64,000 nt of DNA, taken from contig CAVTRY010000022.1 in NCBI GenBank assembly GCA_963737265.1, positions 224,001-288,000 of the forward strand. The letters are read 5' to 3'. The DNA comes from an uncultured delta proteobacterium (lineage in GTDB: Bacteria; Myxococcota_A; Polyangia; Fen-1088). Made by a program: the position numbers and the translations under genes. Under the pieces are notes generated by a model. The model was not told where the DNA came from. It made no database searches and saw only the letters and a list, made by a program, of their open reading frames with translations. This document shows, in pieces, positions 54,813 to 64,000 of this stretch. Each line of letters starts with the position of its first letter. Position 1 is the first letter of the stretch.

Positions 54813-55304
54813 ATGGAGCCCACTTTCCGCGTTGGTGATTTAGCGGTGTACCCGGCGCACGGCGTGGCCCAAGTCACTGGCATCGAGACTCGCGAAATCT
54901 CGTCTAGCAAACACACTTTCTACATCCTCAAAATTCTTGATAACGGCATGAAGATCATGATCCCGACCAAGAACGCCGGGGCTGTGGGTTTGCGAGAGCT
55001 GATTCGCGCTGACGAAGTCGACGAGGTCTTTGAGATTCTCAAGAGCCGCGAAATCTCGGTGGAGGGTCAGACCTGGAACCGCCGTTATCGCGAGTACATG
55101 GAGAAGATCAAGACCGGCTCGGTTTTCGAAATTGCCGAAGTCCTGCGCGACTTGCAGCGCCTCAAGGGAGACAAAGAGCTTTCCTTCGGCGAGCGCAAAA
55201 TGCTCGACACCGCGCGCACTCTCTTGGTGAAGGAAATTGCCGTCGCCACGAAATCGAACGAGGGCAAGATTGAAGAGAGGCTCAACCGTATCTTCGCCTG
55301 CTGA
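54813..55304 (+). CDS. carD: CarD/CdnL-family RNA polymerase-binding transcription factor
   Basis: FRVGDLAVYPAHGV, MIP, GLR, TWNRRYR, LSFGERKML; 163-aa stand-alone form like myxobacterial CdnL. Confidence 0.92.
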   Translation: MEPTFRVGDLAVYPAHGVAQVTGIETREISSSKHTFYILKILDNGMKIMIPTKNAGAVGLRELIRADEVDEVFEILKSREISVEGQTWNRRYREYMEKIKTGSVFEIAEVLRDLQRLKGDKELSFGERKMLDTARTLLVKEIAVATKSNEGKIEERLNRIFAC

Positions 55305-55328
55305 CGACCCACGGCCCTCTCAACTTCC

Positions 55329-55357
55329 AGGCCCCGCCGGAACATCCCGCGGGGCCT
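55329..55357. terminator. Hairpin between convergent carD and gyrB
   Basis: AGGCCCCGC-11 nt-GCGGGGCCT perfect 9-bp stem. Confidence 0.55.
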
Positions 55358-55399
55358 CTCCATTTTCTAAGCCTTCCTCAGGACTAGAAACTAGCCAGC

Positions 55400-57889
<2,490 letters not shown>

Positions 57890-57926
57890 TCATCGCTCGG
57901 GGGAGTAAAGCAAAACCAGTCGGGCC

Positions 57927-59024
57927 TTACGCGAGGGCAACCCGCCCGCCCGTCACCTGCCAGTCAATCCGTCCGGGCAAAGCTGGCAAATGCTCCCTCT
58001 CCGTAATCGTGATGAGAGTCTGACATGCCATGGAGGAAATCGTTTCAAAAAGACGAGTCCGCCTCTCATGGTCGAGCTCACTGGCTACATCGTCGAGAAA
58101 AAGCACAGGCGTCTCGCGGTTGCGTTCGCTCGCGTAATGAAGCTCTGCGATCTTGAGCGCGAGCACCAAGGAGCGCGTTTGTCCTTGCGAACCGTGGTCG
58201 CGAGCCTGGCGCCCCTCAAGAAAAATCTCCACATCGTCGGTCTGAGGTCCGAAGCCGGTAAAGCCTCTTCGTTCGTCCTGCGATCGCCCTTCCCTAAATC
58301 CCACCCTAAGAGCCTCCCCAATCTCCGATTCCGTTGTTGCCTCCTCCACCCGCGCATGGCTTCGATAGCGCAGGGACGCCTTTCGATCCCCGTGGATCTC
58401 GGAAAACGTCGCCGCGAATGTCGGAGCCAGCGCAGCCGCGACCTCGCGCCGGCGAAGAACAACCCGCGCGCCCGCTACCGCCAAAGTCTCGTCGTAACTC
58501 TCCAGCAGCTCACGTGGAAATCCTCCGCGTCGTAAAACACCATTGCGCGCTTTGAGCGCCCGTTCGAAGGTCAGCGCTTCGCGATAGTAGGAACGCCGAA
58601 TCGAGAAGACCGCTCTATCGAGTTCGCGCCGTCGTTCCGAAGCTGCCGCCTTGACCAGCTGCAAATCGTCTGGCGCAAAGACCACGATCCCCGCTCCGTC
58701 CAAGGACGCGGAATCGCGGCGAACCGTTTTGCCGTCGAGTCTGGTTGTCCTCTTCCCAACCGCCACTTGCACCCGCATCGACCTCTCTAGTCCCCGCAAG
58801 GTGAAACCAGCCTCGATGTCCGCGTTTTCCTTACCCCACAGGATGAGATCGGACGTGCTGCTTGTTCGGAAAGATCGGAACCCAATGACGTAATAGGCTC
58901 CTTCGAGAATGTTCGTCTTACCCTGCCCGTTCCTGCCAAAAAAAACCGTTACCCTAGGACCGAGCTCTATGCTCGCGTCCTCGAGGTTTCTCCAGCCCCT
59001 CAACCGTAGATGTCGTAGGACCAA
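57927..59024 (-). CDS. recF: DNA replication/repair protein RecF
   Basis: WRNL, GRNGQGKTNILE, SFRT, GSQGQ.R, LDDVASELD. Confidence 0.94.
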   Translation of the reverse strand: MVLRHLRLRGWRNLEDASIELGPRVTVFFGRNGQGKTNILEGAYYVIGFRSFRTSSTSDLILWGKENADIEAGFTLRGLERSMRVQVAVGKRTTRLDGKTVRRDSASLDGAGIVVFAPDDLQLVKAAASERRRELDRAVFSIRRSYYREALTFERALKARNGVLRRGGFPRELLESYDETLAVAGARVVLRRREVAAALAPTFAATFSEIHGDRKASLRYRSHARVEEATTESEIGEALRVGFREGRSQDERRGFTGFGPQTDDVEIFLEGRQARDHGSQGQTRSLVLALKIAELHYASERNRETPVLFLDDVASELDHERRTRLFETISSMACQTLITITEREHLPALPGRIDWQVTGGRVALA

Positions 59025-59042
59025 AGCCCTCGTGTCGCTTGG

Positions 59043-60146
59043 CTAGAGTCTCATCGGCATGATAACGCCGAGGTACTCAGTTCCGTCGCACGGTTTCACC
59101 AACGCTGGATCCAAGTCGCCTCCAAGCTCGATGGATACTTCCTTGCCGCTCATCTCGGCCAAAAGATCAATGAAATAGCGGGCGTTGAAACCTATCTGCA
59201 AGCCCGCCCCTTTGTACTCCACGTCAATCTTTTCCTTGGCGTTGCCAAGATCGGGATTGTCCGCCTCGATCGACAGCGCTCCCTTCTCCAAGGTGAACCG
59301 TATTCCCCAGGTTTTGTCGGATGCGATGATCGACACGCGCCGGAGCGCCTCGAGAAAATCGTCCCTGCCAAGAACGAGCTTCTTGTCGTTGTCCTTCGGA
59401 ATAACCTGGTCGTAGGGAGGAAATTGCCCTTCTCCCAGCTTTACCGACAGCACCATTTCGTCCGCCTTCAGGACGAAGTAGCCCTGGTCGACCCCTATTT
59501 CGCTTTCCCCCTGCCGTCCCTCGAGCGCCCGCCGGATCTCAGCCACCCCCTTCCTCGGCAAAAGCACCCCTGGTAAAATCTTCGGCCCTCCTGGAATAGA
59601 CCGAGAAATCTTGGAAAGTCGGTGTCCATCGGTCGACACCATGGTTGCTTTCTCGCCGTCGCTCTCGACTAGGACGCTGGCCAGGTGGGGCCGCGTCTCA
59701 TCCTGCGAAACCGAAAGTATCGTCTTCGCGATCATCTCGCCAATGACCGAAGATTCGACCTTGCTGCACCCAATCTCTTCCACGCTTGGAAGCTTCGGGT
59801 AGTCGCGATCGCTCATGCCAACAACCTTGAACTCAGTTCTACCGCTTTCGATGTGCAGCCAGTTCTGCTCGGTCCTTTGCAGGTGAACTTCGTCCCCTGC
59901 AAGGCCCTTGACGATCTCGTATAGCTGACGCGCACCCACCGTAATTCCACCTTCCTCTCCAATCTTAGCTGGAACCGTCACCATCATCGCGACCTTCAAG
60001 TCTGTGGCGCCGAACAGCACTTGGTTCTTGCCCTGAGTTCGCACCAAAACATTTGCGAGAATGGGAATAGTGCTTTTCTTGTCTGCAATGCCATGGGTCA
60101 GATAGAGCCCGCGAAGGAGCTCATTTTTTCCAATCCGAATGTCCAT
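59043..60146 (-). CDS. dnaN: DNA polymerase III beta clamp
   Basis: TIPILANV, ATDL, DETRP.L, STDGHRL, GQFPPYDQVIP, IGFNARY, VIMPMRL. Confidence 0.97.
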   Translation of the reverse strand: MDIRIGKNELLRGLYLTHGIADKKSTIPILANVLVRTQGKNQVLFGATDLKVAMMVTVPAKIGEEGGITVGARQLYEIVKGLAGDEVHLQRTEQNWLHIESGRTEFKVVGMSDRDYPKLPSVEEIGCSKVESSVIGEMIAKTILSVSQDETRPHLASVLVESDGEKATMVSTDGHRLSKISRSIPGGPKILPGVLLPRKGVAEIRRALEGRQGESEIGVDQGYFVLKADEMVLSVKLGEGQFPPYDQVIPKDNDKKLVLGRDDFLEALRRVSIIASDKTWGIRFTLEKGALSIEADNPDLGNAKEKIDVEYKGAGLQIGFNARYFIDLLAEMSGKEVSIELGGDLDPALVKPCDGTEYLGVIMPMRL

Positions 60147-60217
60147 CGGTCACCCTCTATCTGGTGCTGCCATCAATCAACACCCTCTCTTAATCTATAA
60201 GTTTTTGATCTACTTTG

Positions 60218-60385
60218 GGAGAAGTATTAGGGCCTGTGAATTTGTGGATAAGTGTAGTTCTCCGACGAAGATAACACTCTCGAAGAAGGGGATAAGTTGG
60301 CTCCGATGGGAGGACGAATAGGGGAGAACGCTTTGGGAGGACTTTTCATCGGTTTAGACACAGGTCTTATGGTTGGTGATCCACA
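60218..60385. other. oriC core: DnaA boxes, GC motif and DnaA-trio-like tract in the dnaA-dnaN intergenic region
   Basis: Minus strand TTATCCACA-AATTCACA-GGCCC-TAATACTTCTCC (60251-60218); further near-consensus boxes TTAGACACA (60354-60362) and TGATCCACA (60377-60385). Confidence 0.85.
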
Positions 60386-60491
60386 GGCACAATGAAGCAA
60401 TATTTTCTGGCGTTTTGGCGAGATATCCCTCGGGACGTTGGTACTTTTCCGAGTTCCGACAGACGTTACGGAAGGACCGGTCGAAGCGCCG

Positions 60492-61607
60492 TCAGAGCTG
60501 ACGTAGACGGCTTGTCAGCGTGGAGATAACGCTGCGGAGACTAGGATCTGCTGCCATCTTTAGCTTGATCTTGCGAAAAGCACTGATGACGGTCGAATGG
60601 TCTTTCCCGCCGAAGAGGCTGCCAATTTCCGGGTAGCTTGTGCCCGTCAGATGGCGCGAAAGGTACATGGCAATCATGCGCGGATGAGACACAGCGCGGT
60701 GACGCTTTTGACCCTTGAGGTCGTGCAACTTCACCTCGAAATAGGACGCGACTTCCTGCTGAATGGACTCGATGCTGAGACCGGTCGGTCCGGAGGAGGA
60801 GAGGGTCTTGAGGACTTCGGCGGCGAATTCCTTGGTGATGGCACAGCCGGCGAGCGAAGAACGGGCCGAGAGCTGCACCAAGGCGCCTTCCAGCTCGCGC
60901 ACGTTCGAGCGCACGCACGTGGCGACCGTTAGCGCAACGTCGTCGGGCAGGTCGATGTTGACCAGTTCTGCCTTGTGCTTAAGAATAGCGACGCGGGTCT
61001 CGAGATCGGGATGACCTATCTCGGTGATAAGACCCCAGGTGAAACGGCTGCGCAGACGCTCTTCAACCCCCGGCAGCTCGGCCGGCAGCTTGTCGCAGGT
61101 AAGAACAATCTGCTTGTGTGCGTGGTGAAGCGCATTAAAGGTATAGAAAAACTCGTCCTGCGAGCTGTCCTTGCCTGAAAGAAACTGGACGTCATCGATC
61201 AAGAGAACGTCAGGCGCTTCCCGATAACGGAAACGGAACTGCTCCATCAGATTGGCGCAATTTCCCAGGCTATTCCTCGTTTGACGCCGCTGGGTCAACA
61301 TCGACCCGATGAAGCTGGAGACGAACTGTTCGCACGTCACGATTGTGATGGTCCACTCGGGGTGATGACGGTGGATCTCGTGGCCGATCGCGTGAAGCAG
61401 ATGGGTCTTGCCAAGCCCAACGCAGCCGTAGATGAAAAAGGGGTTGTACTTGGACGCTGGAGCCTCTGCCACCATGCGGGCTGCGGCGTGGGCAAACTGA
61501 TTGGTATGACCGACCACGAAATTGTCGAAGCTGTACCCGCTGTCGAGTCCTTTGGGACGAGCGGTCGGAGCCCCGCGATCCTCGACTGGTAGGGTTTCGA
61601 CTAACAT
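60492..61607 (-). CDS. dnaA: Chromosomal replication initiator DnaA (short, 371 aa; domain I missing)
   Basis: YSFDNFVVG, YNPFFIYG.VGLGKTHL, LLIDDVQFL, RLRSRF.WGL, NVRELEGAL, GGKDHSTVI. In-frame TAG two codons upstream of the ATG. Confidence 0.95.
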   Translation of the reverse strand: MLVETLPVEDRGAPTARPKGLDSGYSFDNFVVGHTNQFAHAAARMVAEAPASKYNPFFIYGCVGLGKTHLLHAIGHEIHRHHPEWTITIVTCEQFVSSFIGSMLTQRRQTRNSLGNCANLMEQFRFRYREAPDVLLIDDVQFLSGKDSSQDEFFYTFNALHHAHKQIVLTCDKLPAELPGVEERLRSRFTWGLITEIGHPDLETRVAILKHKAELVNIDLPDDVALTVATCVRSNVRELEGALVQLSARSSLAGCAITKEFAAEVLKTLSSSGPTGLSIESIQQEVASYFEVKLHDLKGQKRHRAVSHPRMIAMYLSRHLTGTSYPEIGSLFGGKDHSTVISAFRKIKLKMAADPSLRSVISTLTSRLRQL

Positions 61608-61610
61608 TTC

Positions 61611-61619
61611 CTATCCACA
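61611..61619. promoter_or_regulatory. DnaA box abutting the dnaA start (possible autoregulation or second oriC part)
   Basis: CTATCCACA (1 mismatch to TTATCCACA) 3 nt from the ATG, followed by a strongly AT-rich tract at 61631-61663. Confidence 0.6.
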
Positions 61620-62106
61620 ACGATAGAGTCTAAAAAAACGTAATAATTATAATAACTTAAATACGACAATCCCCAATCTACCAACAGCGGCGGCTACGCG
61701 CGCTCTAGCTCTCGACACGCACGGCACGATGTGAGTCATCGTCAGCGGGACGCTCTTACTACCAACCAGCCTGCACGCCAGCAAGGCCAAAATTGATTCT
61801 TTGCCGATTGGTCGGAGAACCGCGGATATCCGCAGCCCGCCTTCTGCTGCCCGCACCTCAAGAACGGCCTATCGATCGTCTAACGGACTCCAAACGACTG
61901 GGATCGCTCGGGAAAGAGAGGTTACTTTGGACGTTGTTTTCCCCGCTCCTGAAATACTCGGACGAGTCCTACCGGGAAGTGCGCTAGCGGCCACGCCTTG
62001 GGCTTTGGAGCAATTGGGCGACCAGCAGGCGTCAACTCTCCGACGGGATCATCTCCCCGGATCGGTCGTCTCGCCTAACAAAAACCCATTTTCAAGGGGC
62101 CTATCG

Positions 62107-62135
62107 TTGACAGGGCGTGGCTGGGATGTTAGTTC
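62107..62135 (+). promoter_or_regulatory. Probable rpmH operon promoter
   Basis: TTGACA, 17-nt spacer ending TGt, TAGTTC; SD GGAGG at 62161. Confidence 0.55.
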
Positions 62136-62170
62136 TCCGTCCCCACACCGGGGAAACGCCGGAGGATCCA

Positions 62171-62320
62171 GTGAAAAGGACGTATCAGCCACACCGAAGG
62201 AGCCGGAAACGTACACACGGTTTCCGCAAGCGCATGAGCACCCCAGCGGGCCGCGAGGTGATCAGGCGCCGTCGCCGCAAGGGGCGCAAGAAGCTTACCG
62301 TTAGCGTTCCAAAGAAATAG
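62171..62320 (+). CDS. rpmH: 50S ribosomal protein L34
   Basis: [34 protein letters not shown]. Confidence 0.97.
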   Translation: MKRTYQPHRRSRKRTHGFRKRMSTPAGREVIRRRRRKGRKKLTVSVPKK

Positions 62321-62326
62321 GTCGCG

Positions 62327-62698
62327 GTGGAAGACCGAGGCCTGCACGAAGGGCTGGGCCGTGGTAATCGCCTGCGCAAGCGCTCGGGCTTCCTGGCGGT
62401 GCAGCAAGGTGGACGGCGTGTCTCGGGCCGAACCCTGCTTGTGTATGTCATGTCTCAGGCGGATGGAAAGAACGATCGAATGTCCCGCCTCGGCATTACG
62501 GTTAGCAAAAAGGTTGGCAACGCAGTCGTACGCAACCGGGTGAAACGCTGGGTGCGGGAAAGCTATCGACGGCTGCGCGATGCAAGACTCGCGGGAACCG
62601 ACGTCGTGGTGATCGCAAAGCCCGTCGCTGCGACGAGTAACTACCAAGACACGGCCGACGAGATCCGCGGCCTTCTGCGGCGCATTCTGCCATCATGA
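62327..62698 (+). CDS. rnpA: Ribonuclease P protein component
   Basis: [37 protein letters not shown]. Confidence 0.95.
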   Translation: MEDRGLHEGLGRGNRLRKRSGFLAVQQGGRRVSGRTLLVYVMSQADGKNDRMSRLGITVSKKVGNAVVRNRVKRWVRESYRRLRDARLAGTDVVVIAKPVAATSNYQDTADEIRGLLRRILPS

Positions 62699-62973
62699 AC
62701 TCACCATCTGAAACATTAGCTCGATTTGGCAAGGCACCGCTGCTGGTGCTGCTTCGAGCCTATCGCCTCGCCATATCGCCGGCGCTCGCACCCGCCTGTC
62801 GATTCGAACCGACCTGCTCGGCCTACGCCGAGGAGGCGATCGAGCGGTTTGGTCCCCTCCACGGTGCCTATCTTGCGCTGCGCAGGATCCTCCGTTGCCA
62901 TCCCTTTCACCAGGGTGGAATGGATCCCGTACCTTCCACCGCGCCCAAGGTCTCGCGCGCGATTTCGAGTTAG
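62695..62973 (+). CDS. yidD: Membrane protein insertion efficiency factor YidD
   Basis: [32 protein letters not shown]. Confidence 0.95.
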   Translation: MNSPSETLARFGKAPLLVLLRAYRLAISPALAPACRFEPTCSAYAEEAIERFGPLHGAYLALRRILRCHPFHQGGMDPVPSTAPKVSRAISS

Positions 62974-62981
62974 GAGAGGAA

Positions 62982-64000
62982 ATGGACAAGCGGCTGCTTC
63001 TCGCGGTGGTTGTATCCATGGGGATTCTATTCCTGTGGTTTAAGATCTTTCCGTCTGCGCCGGTTCAAGCTCCGCGCGTGCCGGTGGCGACCGAAGCGAA
63101 GCCGCGGCACGAGAGCGGCACCGATGCCGCCGCACCCCCCGCCGCCTCGCCTTCCGCGCGAGCGTCAAGCGCGTCCGCGCCGGAAGTCCTCGTCACACTG
63201 GAGTCACCGGAAGTCAACTACGTGTTCTCGACCAGGGGCGCGTCGTTGCGCAAGATCAAGCTCAAGGATCGCCAGTTCCTCCTTCGCCGCGATCAACCTG
63301 ACTCTGGCATGCAGATCGTATCGACCTCGACCGAAGACACGGCACCGTTGCGGACGACCTTTGCCAAGGCGGACTTTGCTTGGAACGACAACATCGCCTG
63401 GACGTTTGCCCGGCCTGCGGACAACAGCGTGGTCTTTCGCGCCGAGACCGACGAGGTGGCAGTGGAGAAGCGCTACACCTTAGAGCCCCAGCGCTACCGA
63501 CTGCAGTTTTCCGTCGTGGTCGAGAACAAGAGCAGCAAGCCCCTGGATCACAGCCTTCTTCTTCATCTTTATGGAGCGCAGGATCCCGAGAAGAAGGGCA
63601 GCGGATTCTTCAGCTATGCCTCGGCCAACATGACCGAGATGGTTTGCCACATCGGCGACAAAGCAAAACGCGCCACCGTCGACGCACTTCTCAAAGAGTC
63701 GCAGAGTTACCTGGGCGGCGTGCGCTGGGCGGCGGCTGGCGATAAGTTCTTCACCATCGCGGCGGTTCCCTTCCCGGAGAATCCACCGCGCGAGCGCGGC
63801 TGCAAAGAGCAAGCGCTCGATCCCACCACGGCCGAAGTCTCGTTGTCGTTTTCCACGCGGACCGTCGCGCCGGGCGAGAAGACCGAGTATCCCTTCATTG
63901 TCTTCGCCGGTCCCAAGTACACGAGCGATCTCGAAGCGGTGCAGCCCGGGGGCGAAGACGCCAAGCTCGCGGATGCGGTCGACGTGACCTTCGCGGTCCT
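62982..64000 (+). CDS. yidC: Membrane protein insertase YidC (3' truncated by the window)
   Basis: SD AGGAG, MDKRLLLAVVVSMGILFLW signal-anchor, open to the window end; canonical position after yidD. Confidence 0.9.
   Translation, partial: MDKRLLLAVVVSMGILFLWFKIFPSAPVQAPRVPVATEAKPRHESGTDAAAPPAASPSARASSASAPEVLVTLESPEVNYVFSTRGASLRKIKLKDRQFLLRRDQPDSGMQIVSTSTEDTAPLRTTFAKADFAWNDNIAWTFARPADNSVVFRAETDEVAVEKRYTLEPQRYRLQFSVVVENKSSKPLDHSLLLHLYGAQDPEKKGSGFFSYASANMTEMVCHIGDKAKRATVDALLKESQSYLGGVRWAAAGDKFFTIAAVPFPENPPRERGCKEQALDPTTAEVSLSFSTRTVAPGEKTEYPFIVFAGPKYTSDLEAVQPGGEDAKLADAVDVTFAV

Noticed and set aside
61647-62304. ORFs between dnaA and rpmH as a detached DnaA domain I or new genes
   Set aside because: Translations show no DnaA N-terminal features, and the region has promoter/origin character.

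Overview
High-GC bacterial chromosome segment. The gene content (MXAN_5808-type S41 protease, CdnL/CarD, REC-DUF4388 protein) suggests Myxococcota/deltaproteobacteria; this is inferred, not searched. The window spans the replication origin (gyrB-recF-dnaN-oriC-dnaA | rpmH-rnpA-yidD-yidC), a perfect parS palindrome, a complete minus-strand rRNA operon (16S-tRNA-Ile-tRNA-Ala-23S-5S) and mostly housekeeping genes (uvrD, hslUV, xerC, topA, dprA, hemBCD, trxA, exbBD-tonB, truD, bamD, mpl, tyrS, proBC, mutM, rsmA, tsaD, rsmG, bioFD, jag). No CRISPR array, prophage or intact transposase is visible. The most interesting observations are: (1) an archaeal-type XPB-like helicase + DUF790/Bax1-like nuclease pair near uvrD; (2) a DnaA with no N-terminal domain I and an insertion in the ISM region, next to an almost Bacillus-identical unwinding motif; (3) an abrupt G/C strand-skew flip exactly at parS; (4) repeated apparently leaderless gene starts, plus a symmetric bidirectional -10 element; (5) a probable BioF-BioD fusion and an Mpl-GNAT fusion. 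Three or four single-base insertions (DUF790, hemC, bioF, possibly the bioF/bioD junction) are most likely sequencing errors. All calls come from reading motifs by eye; no database searches were run, and start codons and rRNA ends are approximate.
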